From Nostoc punctiforme PCC 73102 (GTDB taxonomy: Bacteria > Cyanobacteriota > Cyanobacteriia > Cyanobacteriales > Nostocaceae): 32,000 nucleotides of DNA. Below are positions 23,598-32,000 of this stretch, one piece after another (position 1 is the first letter of the stretch; each line of letters starts with the position of its first letter). A model generated the notes under the pieces. The model worked only from the letters and a program-made list of their open reading frames with translations. It was not told the origin of the DNA and ran no database searches. The translations under genes and the position numbers were made by a program. The stretch covers positions 7,350,001-7,382,000 of the forward strand of contig NC_010628.1 in the NCBI RefSeq assembly GCF_000020025.1. The letters run 5' to 3'.

Positions 23598-23816
23598 TCA
23601 CTTGCCGCTTTGGATATTTGATAAACTTTGAGTAAACTGCATGATGTGATGCCAAATATCTTGCGGAGTAATGCCAAAACTAATGTTTAATAAAATCAGA
23701 ATTGCGGCAATGGTTAATGCGTTCTTCAGAGTGGCTTTCACCAACTTCCACAATATTACGAAGACAATCCAAGCTACAATCAACGTAGCAATCATAATAT
23801 ATAAATTCCTTAACAA
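23598..23816 (-). CDS. Small hypothetical membrane protein (72 aa, 2 predicted TM)
   Basis: Hydrophobic segments IMIATLIVAWIVFVILW and ALTIAAILILLNISFGI. No family recognised. Confidence 0.45.
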   Translation of the reverse strand: MLRNLYIMIATLIVAWIVFVILWKLVKATLKNALTIAAILILLNISFGITPQDIWHHIMQFTQSLSNIQSGK

Positions 23817-24136
23817 TAGCCCTTACCTGAAAGGATATTTATTCAGAAAGGGTAATTTTATCTGAACTAAAAATTACTAGTGCTAAAGCTATTAGACCTA
23901 ATTTTAAATAGCTACTAAAGCCAAGATTTTTTGTCTAACTGTGCCAATGTCATATTATCTGAAAATGAGACCATAATTCAGATGAGAGGCAACTTATTTG
24001 GCAATTTGGCAGAATTTATGCAATATTTTTTACTGGCAAATCAAATTTGTATCAATAATTATAATAATATAATTATATTTTTAGAAGGATATATCCTGTT
24101 TGATTTCTAAAAATCAAAAGGCTCAAAGTAGAAAGT

Positions 24137-24550
24137 ATGACCGCAAAAATATATACCAAACTTGGAAAGTGGTACAGCCTAGTATATTTATTGTTGGTTG
24201 CCCTAGCTTGTGCAACTGGTGCAATCATAAATTGGATTATAACTCGAAGTCATACTGCTGGTGGTGAGACATATTTTGCTACAACATTTTTTCTAGCGAT
24301 CGCTTCTGTCGTGGTGGTTGCTGCAATAGTTGGAATATTTCAAGAAAAGATGTGGGCAAAATGGATTACACTTGGAATCTATAGTTGGTATATTTTTGGT
24401 AATATTCATTCAATCATCCAGCCATCTTCATTAGGCTCATTGGAAATAGATGCAAGAGGCTTTAAAGTAATGCAATTAATCGCTTTACTTTTCCCGGTTT
24501 TAGGAATTATTTTCTTATTAGAAAAGCCAAAGCCAAATGTCTCTAGTTAA
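24137..24550 (+). CDS. Hypothetical membrane protein (137 aa, ~4 TM)
   Basis: Four hydrophobic stretches, e.g. WYSLVYLLLVALACATGAIINWII and FLAIASVVVVAAIVGIF. An 8-bp hairpin TTTGATTT-CTAA-AAATCAAA (24099-24118) sits just upstream of the start. Confidence 0.5.
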   Translation: MTAKIYTKLGKWYSLVYLLLVALACATGAIINWIITRSHTAGGETYFATTFFLAIASVVVVAAIVGIFQEKMWAKWITLGIYSWYIFGNIHSIIQPSSLGSLEIDARGFKVMQLIALLFPVLGIIFLLEKPKPNVSS

Positions 24551-24618
24551 TCAATAAATTTATCAAATAAACAGTTTGGTAACACATTGCAAAGGATTTC
24601 CAAAAATCAATTTAGCTG

Positions 24619-24647
24619 TTAGCCTTCAGGCTAATGCCGAAGGCTAA
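24619..24647. terminator. Hairpin between the convergent membrane-protein gene and dxr
   Basis: TTAGCCTTC-AGGCTAATGCC-GAAGGCTAA forms a perfect 9-bp stem with an 11-nt loop. Confidence 0.5.
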
Positions 24648-24703
24648 ATAAGAATTGGTCAAAAGCCAGAAAATATGCCTTTTGGGTATCTGAGTGAAGG
24701 TTT

Positions 24704-25900
24704 TTATCGCAGAGAAATTATCCGCGAGGGAGTTTCTAATTTTTCAGTCGCTGTTAAAACTTCTTGTCTTGCCCATTTATCTGCTGCCAAAATGTCATCT
24801 AAAGAGGGATTTGCACGGTTATCATTTTGATGGCGATCGCACACCCATTCGATACACCGGGGAATATCTAAAAAGCGAATTTTTTCATCTAAAAATAAAG
24901 CTACAGCTTGCTCATTTGCAGCGTTTAACACAGCTGGCATCGAACCACCAGCTTTACCCACAGCATAAGCCAACTGCATACAAGGATACTTTTGGTGATC
25001 TGGTTCCCGGAAGGTTAAATTTCCAGCTTTGACTAAATCTAGTCGTTCCCAATCGGTATATATGCGATCGGGCCAGGATAAAGCATACAGTAAAGGTAAG
25101 CGCATATCCGGCCAACCGAGTTGGGCTAAAACGGAAGTATCTTGCAGTTCAATCAGCGAGTGAATAATGCTCTGGGGATGAATGACAATTTCGATATTGT
25201 CATAATCCAACCCAAACAGGAAGTGAGCCTCAATTACTTCCAGTCCTTTATTCATCAAAGTAGCAGAGTCTACTGTGATTTTCCGCCCCATCGACCAATT
25301 AGGATGCTTGAGAGCGTCAGCAACGGTTACATCTGCTAACCTTTCTACATCCCAGTCGCGGAAAGCCCCACCAGATGCAGTGAGCAAGATTTTCCGCAAG
25401 CCAGATTTTGGCACACCTTGGAGACATTGAAAGATTGCCGAATGTTCGGAATCTGCTGGGAGTAATTTTACACCGTGTTTTTCAACTAGGGGTAGAACCA
25501 CAGGAGCCCCAGCAATCAGAGTTTCTTTGTTCGCTAAGGCAATATCTTTACCAGCTTCAATAGCTGCGATCGTGGGTAGCAAACCAGCACAACCAACGAT
25601 CCCAGTGACAACAGTTTGAGCATCGCCATAGCGAGCTACTTCTATCACTCCAGCCTCGCCTGCTAGTAGAATCGGTTGGGGATCGAGGTCAATGATAGCT
25701 TCTTTGAGCGCTGGTAATTTATCTTCTGAGCAAATTGCTGCTATTTTCGGTCGAAACTGCCGAATTTGAGCAGCCAACATCTCTACATTGTTCCCAGCTG
25801 CCAATCCCACAATCCGAAACTGATCTGGGTACTGAGTGACAATATCTAAAGTCTGAGTACCGATAGAACCAGTGGAACCAACAAGAGTAATCGCTTTCAC
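24704..25900 (-). CDS. dxr: 1-deoxy-D-xylulose 5-phosphate reductoisomerase (MEP pathway)
   Basis: Motifs: N-terminal [18 protein letters not shown] (NADPH binding), [21 protein letters not shown], and [31 protein letters not shown] start at 25900. Confidence 0.95.
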   Translation of the reverse strand: MKAITLVGSTGSIGTQTLDIVTQYPDQFRIVGLAAGNNVEMLAAQIRQFRPKIAAICSEDKLPALKEAIIDLDPQPILLAGEAGVIEVARYGDAQTVVTGIVGCAGLLPTIAAIEAGKDIALANKETLIAGAPVVLPLVEKHGVKLLPADSEHSAIFQCLQGVPKSGLRKILLTASGGAFRDWDVERLADVTVADALKHPNWSMGRKITVDSATLMNKGLEVIEAHFLFGLDYDNIEIVIHPQSIIHSLIELQDTSVLAQLGWPDMRLPLLYALSWPDRIYTDWERLDLVKAGNLTFREPDHQKYPCMQLAYAVGKAGGSMPAVLNAANEQAVALFLDEKIRFLDIPRCIEWVCDRHQNDNRANPSLDDILAADKWARQEVLTATEKLETPSRIISLR

Positions 25901-26358
25901 AATTGCTTAAGGATTTACAGACAACTCCCACTATAAATTGCTGGGGACTCTTTAATAACAGCAATGACTATAATCGATACACTGACGCAGACAAGTAGAG
26001 ACGCGGGGAGGAGGAGATCGGGGATACAAAGGGAAATTTATCCATGCTTTCCTGGCTGCGCCAACCCCAATCGGTTGATTTTAACTCGATAGACTGCTAG
26101 CCATAAAGTACTAAATTTGCTCAACTTTTATATAACTAGACAAAAAATGTACTTATAAATACTATATTTTTAAAGATAAACTCTGAGAGAATTGGCAAAA
26201 GTAACCAAATAGGAAATAATTTCAATTAATTGCTAATTTGTCCAGTTTGTTAATTATGTTGGTGGAGGATTTAATATGCAAAATGTTACTCATAAATTGC
26301 TGTGTTACAGCCATAGGTAAAAGGATGCAGAAAGGAGTTTGTTGAAGCACTCAACCCT

Positions 26359-27666
26359 ATGGTCAAAGTTCAAATAGTTATAAAAAAAGTTTTATGGAAA
26401 AATGATTTCCTGTTTCCAGCAGCAATATGGCTTGCCAGTCGAATATTCATCTGGACTGCTATGTTGCTGGTTGCGCCAAAACTACCGTTACCAGCAGAAG
26501 AATTTTTGCCTCATTTTGGCTGGGGGGTTTTTGATGCCTGGGATAGTATGCATTATCGAGCGATCGCTACTTCTGGATATGAATTTGCGAATGACGGTAA
26601 GCAACATAATCTTGCCTTCTTTCCCCTGTTTCCCTTAAGCATCTGGGTTTTGATGAAGCTGGGCTTGCCGTTTGAATTAGCAGGGACGTTAGTCAACAAT
26701 CTGGCATTTTTCGCAGCGCTTTACTGTTTGTATTTTTGGGTTAAGGAGCATTATGGCATCAATGCGGCGCACTGGACTACTGCTGTAGTTTCTTTATATC
26801 CATCATCCATGTTTACGGGGGTGGTTTACACAGAGGGGCTGTATTTGTTTTTGAGTACTTCGGCTGTGCGGGCATTTGATCAAAAGCAGTATGGCTGGAC
26901 TGGGTTTTGGGGGGCGATGGCGACAGCAACACGTCCTACAGGTATGGCACTAATTCCAGCATTAGCGATCGCAGCGTGGAAAGAACGGCGACCACCCATT
27001 GCCTATATTGCTGGTTTTGTTACCGCCATTGGCATACTTTTATTCAGTTTCTATTGTGCGATTTATTTTGGCAACCCTTTAGCTTTTATCGAAGCACAAA
27101 GAGGATGGCGACCAACTCTAGGATTTGATTGGCAGGGTTGGTTAAATATGCTCATGCAAATTGCAGTTGGCACAAAAAATTGGCAATATGGTTGGATTCA
27201 AAAACCATCTGGTGGCGTTGAAGACCCGTGGTATCTCTTGTTAGTTGCCGTGATTGTTACCAGTGGCTATCTTTTATGGCGTTTCCGTCAACGTCTTAGT
27301 TCTTTGAAATTATTTTATGGCTTTTATGCTTTAGTCTTATCTCTGTTGCTCCTAGCAAGCGAAGAGTGGATCAATAACTTGCTCAACTTGTTCATGGTCT
27401 TGGGTGGTGGCTATATGTTGTGGTGCTTACGCACGCAACTGACCACAGTTACAGTTATTTATGGCTTTTGCGGTATTGGTTTGCTGCTAGCTTCGGGAGG
27501 TACTATCTCCTTGAGCCGTCTTGCTTATGGTATTGTGCCTTTGAATATAGCCATTGGTGTACTGCTATCTCGCCATCCTCGTCAGGGATATTTAATCTTG
27601 GGCGCTTTTATGACACTACTAGCCAAAATAGCTGTAGGATTTGCCCAAGAACGTTGGGTTGGTTAG
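26359..27666 (+). CDS. PIG-V-like (Mannosyl_trans2-type) GT-C fold integral membrane glycosyltransferase, paralog 1
   Basis: 435 aa, polytopic. WDSMHYRAIATSGYEF and LAFFPLFPL resemble the PIG-V/Gpi18 family signature as I recall it. It aligns along its full length with the 29689-30954 product. Confidence 0.55.
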   Translation: MVKVQIVIKKVLWKNDFLFPAAIWLASRIFIWTAMLLVAPKLPLPAEEFLPHFGWGVFDAWDSMHYRAIATSGYEFANDGKQHNLAFFPLFPLSIWVLMKLGLPFELAGTLVNNLAFFAALYCLYFWVKEHYGINAAHWTTAVVSLYPSSMFTGVVYTEGLYLFLSTSAVRAFDQKQYGWTGFWGAMATATRPTGMALIPALAIAAWKERRPPIAYIAGFVTAIGILLFSFYCAIYFGNPLAFIEAQRGWRPTLGFDWQGWLNMLMQIAVGTKNWQYGWIQKPSGGVEDPWYLLLVAVIVTSGYLLWRFRQRLSSLKLFYGFYALVLSLLLLASEEWINNLLNLFMVLGGGYMLWCLRTQLTTVTVIYGFCGIGLLLASGGTISLSRLAYGIVPLNIAIGVLLSRHPRQGYLILGAFMTLLAKIAVGFAQERWVG

Positions 27667-27692
27667 AGGTTTGATTCTTTATTGGTGAGAAG

Positions 27693-29642
27693 TTGAATTT
27701 AAATTCCCTAATGAATGTATCCAATCAAAGGAAGATAGCCCTAGCTGCATTATTTGTTGGTGTAGGTGCCATATCTTTTGGCTCTATTTTCGTGAAACTG
27801 AGCGAAACTCAACTCAGCCCCAATGCCACTGTATTTAATCGTTTGTGGCTTGCTAGTGTGTTCTTTTTGCTCTGGCATGGATACAAGGCAATACGTCAGC
27901 GACTTTCCTTAGACAAACCTGAAGAACAGCAATTGTACACCAGCCAGGATCTCTGGCTATTGGGAAGTGCTGGGATCTTTTGGGCTGGCACTTTAGTCTT
28001 GTTGGCTTGGTCTCTGACTGAAACTAGCGTTGCGATTTCTAGTGTTTTACATAATCTCGCCCCCATATTTACTAGCTTAGGGGTGTGGCTGTTATATCGT
28101 AAGAGTTTTGAGAGCCAATTCCTGATTGGGATGGTCATCGCCCTTGGGGGAGCGATCGCTATAGAATTTGAGGAGTTGCAAATCGCCACAGACGAAGTTC
28201 AAGGGGGCTTTGCTGCGATCGTTTCTGCAATTTTCTTGAGTGGATACCTGCTAATCGTAGAAAAATTACGAACTAAATTTTCTCCGGCCACAATCCAGTT
28301 GTGGATCAGTGCGATTAGTGCCCTAATTATCTTACCCATACTTTTGTTTACTCAAGATCAGCTTTTTCCTTCTACAACCAGTGGGTGGCTTTGGGTCATT
28401 TCCCTAGCGTTAATCTGCCAAGTTTTAGGTCATGGGCTTTTGACCTATTGCCTGGCCAAATTTTCCTCTGTGGTTGTTTCATTGGTGCATCTTTTAGAGC
28501 CAGTATTTAGCGGCATTTTCGCTCTGATCATATTTTCGGAAAAATTGACTTTCTCAAATTGGGTAGGTTTCGCTGTAGTTTTAATGGGTTTATACTTAGC
28601 CGTATCTAGCCAAGGTGTTGTTAATTTACCGATCCACAAATTAGTCACAAATATAGTTAACACTTTCGTTAAAAGTATGACGAGCAAACTGTCATTACTA
28701 AAGCAACAGTTCTCCGAAACACCAGCTTTATTAGGAACTGCTTCATTATTATTTGCCCTAATTCCCATATCTTTAGCACCATCTCTGACTAAATTATGTC
28801 AACAAGAAATTGGTGCAAATGCTGTAGTATTTCATCGCAGTTGGATCGCCACAATTGTATTTGCACTGTGGAATTTACTTGAGGCTTTCCGTAGCCAACA
28901 ATCTGAGAATGAACCTATAGAAAATGAGCCTTTTACGAGCCAAGAAGTGTGGCTATTGTTGGCAATGGGAACCTCTGCTGGAACCTACCTGCTTTTGTGG
29001 GCTTGGTCGCTCAGTCAAACTAGTGTTGCTAATGTTGCTTTACTCTCTAATTTAAACTCCTTATTTGTTGCTTTGGCTGGATATGTGTTATTCGGTCGGC
29101 GCTTCGATAACAGATTCGTAATTGGACTGGTCATAGCCTTGGCGGGAGCGATCGCATTTGAACTCAATAAGGTGCAATTTGCAACTGATCAAATACTGGG
29201 TGATACCTTAGCATTGCTAACTGCGATTTTCATGGCTACGTGTATGCTGCTGATAGAACGACTCCGAACCCGTTTTAGCACGGCAACTATCATGCTGTGG
29301 CGCTGTGGAGTCACAACAATGTTTCTACTACCCGTACTCCCATTCCTGGAAGATCGGCTGTTACCCTATTCCTGGACGGGTTGGTTTTTCATCATTTTCC
29401 AAGCCCTCTTCTGCCAAGTATTGGGTCAGGGACTTTTAGCTTATAGCCTCAGCAGAATCTCCTCAAGCGTCGTCGCCGTCACACTTCTCCTCGAACCAGT
29501 CCTGGCTTCTATTTTTGCTTGGTTCATTTTTTCAGAACAGGTAGGTTTGTTTGATTGGGCGACTTTTGCCGTAGTTTTAGTGGGTATCTATCTAGCGCAA
29601 TCTAGCCAATCCATTGTTCAAGTCACAAATGAAGCATCATAG
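27693..29642 (+). CDS. Fused double EamA/DMT-superfamily transporter (two complete ~10-TM units in one 649-aa ORF)
   Basis: The halves are clearly homologous. Examples: FLIGMVIALGGAIAIEFEELQIATDEVQG vs FVIGLVIALAGAIAFELNKVQFATDQILG, and LLEPVFSGIFALIIFSEKLTFSNWVGFAVVLMGLYLAVSSQ vs LLEPVLASIFAWFIFSEQVGLFDWATFAVVLVGIYLAQSSQ. An in-frame ATG at 28677 marks where a second gene would have started. The start is TTG 27693 or ATG 27711. Confidence 0.75.
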   Translation: MNLNSLMNVSNQRKIALAALFVGVGAISFGSIFVKLSETQLSPNATVFNRLWLASVFFLLWHGYKAIRQRLSLDKPEEQQLYTSQDLWLLGSAGIFWAGTLVLLAWSLTETSVAISSVLHNLAPIFTSLGVWLLYRKSFESQFLIGMVIALGGAIAIEFEELQIATDEVQGGFAAIVSAIFLSGYLLIVEKLRTKFSPATIQLWISAISALIILPILLFTQDQLFPSTTSGWLWVISLALICQVLGHGLLTYCLAKFSSVVVSLVHLLEPVFSGIFALIIFSEKLTFSNWVGFAVVLMGLYLAVSSQGVVNLPIHKLVTNIVNTFVKSMTSKLSLLKQQFSETPALLGTASLLFALIPISLAPSLTKLCQQEIGANAVVFHRSWIATIVFALWNLLEAFRSQQSENEPIENEPFTSQEVWLLLAMGTSAGTYLLLWAWSLSQTSVANVALLSNLNSLFVALAGYVLFGRRFDNRFVIGLVIALAGAIAFELNKVQFATDQILGDTLALLTAIFMATCMLLIERLRTRFSTATIMLWRCGVTTMFLLPVLPFLEDRLLPYSWTGWFFIIFQALFCQVLGQGLLAYSLSRISSSVVAVTLLLEPVLASIFAWFIFSEQVGLFDWATFAVVLVGIYLAQSSQSIVQVTNEAS

Positions 29643-29688
29643 TACCATGACGGCTAGTAAATAAAAGTTCATTTATCTATCTGCAAAG

Positions 29689-30954
29689 ATGAATATAAGG
29701 AAAAAAATTTTGGCGAATGGCTTATTTTTTGTCATAGCAATGTGGCTTTCTAGTAGGCTTTTAATAGCAATCGCTATGTTACTGATTGCCCCATTATTTC
29801 CAAGTTCATCAACTGGCGTTACTGCCACATTCAGTTGGGATGTTTTTCATGCTTGGGATAGTGTTTGGTATGAGAAAATTGTGACTTCTGGTTATGATTT
29901 TTCTAGTGAAGTAAAGGAAATTCACACAGTTGCATTTTTTCCTTTATTTCCATTGTTAAGTTGGATAATTATGTTGACTGGATTGCCTTTTAAAGTGGCA
30001 GGTTTATTAGTTAATAATTCAGCTTTTTTAGCTGCCTTAATCATACTTTATTTTTGGGTACAGGAGCTTTACGACACAAGCACAGCACGATGGGCAACAG
30101 CTACTTTAGCATGGTGTCCCTATTCCCTTTATGGAACTGTAATTTACACCGAAGGTCTGTTTTTGTTGTGTACCACATCTGCCTTACGAGCTTTTGATAA
30201 AAAGCAATATATTTGGGTAGGATTCTGGGGAGCATTATCTACAGCAACCCGACTACCTGGAGTTGCTCTTATCCCCGCTTTTCTGTTTGTTTCTTGGAAA
30301 GAACGTAGAGGTATAAAAGCTTATATTGCCAGTTTAACTGTTGGTTTGGGTATATCTCTTTATAGTCTTTATTGTCAAATTAAATTTGGCGACGCTTTGG
30401 CTTTCATCCATGCACAAAAAGCGTGGCGTGGTGATGCAACAGGCTTTGCTTGGGAAGGTTGGTGGAAGATGTTGATGCAAATTACGGTAGGTTTCACTAA
30501 TTGGAAATCTGGTTATATTAAAGACCCTTTATATCCGTTATTATTTTTAATAATTATTGGTAGTGGCTATTTATTATGGCGCTTTCGTGTATATCTGGGG
30601 ATGAGTAAATTCCGCTATGGATTATATTTTTTATGGCTATTGTTGTGGTCATTGACAGGAGATGAATTATTTAAAATTGCACTAGTTTTCGGCGGTATCT
30701 ATTTACTATGGTTATCACGCGCTAAAATTCCCCTTGTTACTGTTGTCTATGGGTTTTCTTCCTTTGCTTTGATTTTAAACACCGGGATTACAGCCTCGGC
30801 TGAACGCTACGCTTACGGTATTGTATCGCTGTCAATAGCATTCGGGTTATTACTTGCCAATTATCCTCGCTGGGGATACCCAATTATGTACTTTTTTGGA
30901 ATACTAATGTTCACATTTTCTATTCGATTTGCCCGTGATCTTTGGGTAGCTTAG
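29689..30954 (+). CDS. PIG-V-like GT-C fold integral membrane glycosyltransferase, paralog 2
   Basis: 421 aa. Motifs: WDSVWYEKIVTSGYDF, VAFFPLFPL, and LPFKVAGLLVNNSAFLAALIILYFWV. It is collinear with paralog 1. Confidence 0.55.
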   Translation: MNIRKKILANGLFFVIAMWLSSRLLIAIAMLLIAPLFPSSSTGVTATFSWDVFHAWDSVWYEKIVTSGYDFSSEVKEIHTVAFFPLFPLLSWIIMLTGLPFKVAGLLVNNSAFLAALIILYFWVQELYDTSTARWATATLAWCPYSLYGTVIYTEGLFLLCTTSALRAFDKKQYIWVGFWGALSTATRLPGVALIPAFLFVSWKERRGIKAYIASLTVGLGISLYSLYCQIKFGDALAFIHAQKAWRGDATGFAWEGWWKMLMQITVGFTNWKSGYIKDPLYPLLFLIIIGSGYLLWRFRVYLGMSKFRYGLYFLWLLLWSLTGDELFKIALVFGGIYLLWLSRAKIPLVTVVYGFSSFALILNTGITASAERYAYGIVSLSIAFGLLLANYPRWGYPIMYFFGILMFTFSIRFARDLWVA

Positions 30955-30991
30955 GCTTAATTCTGAATTCTGGCTCATGAATTCTATTTTG

Positions 30992-32000
30992 TTAATTTTT
31001 GGTAATTAGTGTAAATCCGTTAGTTGCTCCTATAATTTTACTACTAGTTAAATTCATTTGCTGTAAAGCCTCATTATCTAATAGCAAATAAGATTTATTC
31101 GATAGCATTTTTTGTAGAAGTGGCACAGTTGTAGCAGTTACCTTGCAATCGCTATAAAAATCTAAACTGGGACGGCCATAAGCAAAAGAAGTATAAATTT
31201 GTGTTCCTGGTGAAACATTTGCCCGAATTAATGCTGCTACTGGTTTAACTGGAAAAGCTTCCTTTAATTCCCAAATCCAAGATTGCGAACTTACCAACAG
31301 GGTTAACACTAAATACATCCCTGTAAATAACACTGGAATAAAGTTGCGATCGCGCTGTTTAACTAGCCATGCTGCGATGCCCATACTTATTACCAAAACA
31401 ATGCTCATGACTATCAAAATAGGCTCTTTCTTAATAAAAAAGTAAACACAACCTCCTAAACCAGCAATAGAAATAATAGCTAGAAATATTGTCCAGCTTC
31501 GCACTCGGAAATGCCCATTCTGCCAAACTTCACTCAAATTAGCACCAATCGCCAAGGCTAAAAATGGATATACAGGCATGACATACCACGGAAGCTTAGT
31601 TCTCATAAAAGAAATAGTTCCCAAGTAAATAATTGTGGTCAAAAGAACTAGAGAACCCCAAGTTTCATAACGTTTTTTCCAAGCTAGATAAAGCCCTCCA
31701 GGTAAAAATAACAGCCAGGGAAAACCATATTTGAGTAATTCTAATAAATAGTACCAAACAGGCCCACTATTACCTTCAACAGTTTGTGTAAGGCGGTCAA
31801 AAGCTTGTGCTTGAAAATGCACCTCTAAAAAAGTATTACCATAATGTTGCCATTGAGCAATATACCAAGCGATCGCAGGAGCATTTCCTAATAAAATTCC
31901 TACCCATAAATAGGGACTTTTCAACAAAGCTAATTGCCGATCTGCAAGCAAAAATAAACAGGCGATCGCCCCCAATAGTAAAACTATCGTTCCCTTAGTA
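30992..32000 (-). CDS. Glycosyltransferase family 39 (ArnT/PMT-like GT-C) membrane protein, C-terminal part; N-terminus lies beyond the window end
   Basis: The frame stays open from 31975 to base 32000 (..TKGTIVLLLGAIACLF..). It has multiple TM segments, the motif GPVWYYLLELLKYGFPWLLFLP, and a soluble C-terminal tail typical of ArnT-like enzymes. Stop at 30992-30994. Confidence 0.6.
   Translation of the reverse strand, partial: TKGTIVLLLGAIACLFLLADRQLALLKSPYLWVGILLGNAPAIAWYIAQWQHYGNTFLEVHFQAQAFDRLTQTVEGNSGPVWYYLLELLKYGFPWLLFLPGGLYLAWKKRYETWGSLVLLTTIIYLGTISFMRTKLPWYVMPVYPFLALAIGANLSEVWQNGHFRVRSWTIFLAIISIAGLGGCVYFFIKKEPILIVMSIVLVISMGIAAWLVKQRDRNFIPVLFTGMYLVLTLLVSSQSWIWELKEAFPVKPVAALIRANVSPGTQIYTSFAYGRPSLDFYSDCKVTATTVPLLQKMLSNKSYLLLDNEALQQMNLTSSKIIGATNGFTLITKN

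Noticed and set aside
24694-25964. Plus- and minus-strand ORFs overlapping dxr (24694-25032, 25142-25339, 25719-25964)
   Set aside because: They are shadow or alternate-frame ORFs inside the unambiguous dxr coding sequence.
26402-27674. Alternate-frame plus-strand ORFs (26402-26638, 26907-27128, 27420-27674) within the first PIG-V-like gene
   Set aside because: They are out of frame with a long ORF that aligns end to end with its paralog at 29689-30954. Their Cys/Trp/Arg-rich compositions are not protein-like.
1-32000. Search for transposases, integrases, phage genes, toxin-antitoxin pairs or other signs of a mobile or defence island
   Set aside because: None recognised. HIP1 density and housekeeping genes (ccsA, tilS, dxr) indicate core chromosome. 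The Uma2 fragment and the CHAT protein are each isolated, without partner genes.

Overview
This window looks like chromosomal DNA from a filamentous, heterocyst-forming (Nostocales-type) cyanobacterium. The evidence is roughly 25-30 copies by eye of the HIP1 octamer GCGATCGC, heptameric STRR arrays, Nostoc-style short dispersed repeats (SDRs), and the gene content. All calls come from reading the sequence and ORF track and from remembered family motifs; no searches were run. Gene order: Uma2/DUF820 nuclease fragment; DUF3352-like protein; ccsA; two tandem KGK-domain genes; tilS; then the dominant feature, a complete hmp / PilG-L (Tax3-type) chemotaxis-like motility locus. That locus comprises divergent coiled-coil hmpF, then hmpA (PatA-type RR), hmpB (CheY), hmpC (CheW), hmpD (MCP) and hmpE (1865-aa Hpt-CheA-CheW-REC hybrid). 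It is followed by a 0.9-kb ORF-poor AT-rich region; a small hypothetical gene; a TPR-CHAT protease-like protein; a hotdog thioesterase; two small membrane proteins; and dxr. The window ends with a same-strand membrane cluster of two PIG-V-like GT-C paralogs flanking a fused double EamA/DMT transporter, plus a convergent GT39 (ArnT/PMT-like) gene cut by the window edge. I recognised no rRNA, tRNA, CRISPR array or transposase. The hmp system is already described. The items most worth a second look are: (1) the GT-C x3 + fused DMT cluster, a candidate uncharacterised periplasmic glycosylation module; (2) repeat-driven remodelling of hmpE, namely a near-perfect in-frame 150-bp triplication, in-frame SDR insertions, and a perfect 24-bp inverted pair 504 bp apart; (3) a ~12.5-unit heptamer array ending 6 nt before the hmpE ATG; (4) the ORF-poor structured region after hmpE, which shares a promoter-like motif with the GT-C cluster upstream region; (5) the tandem KGK genes with a conserved leader.
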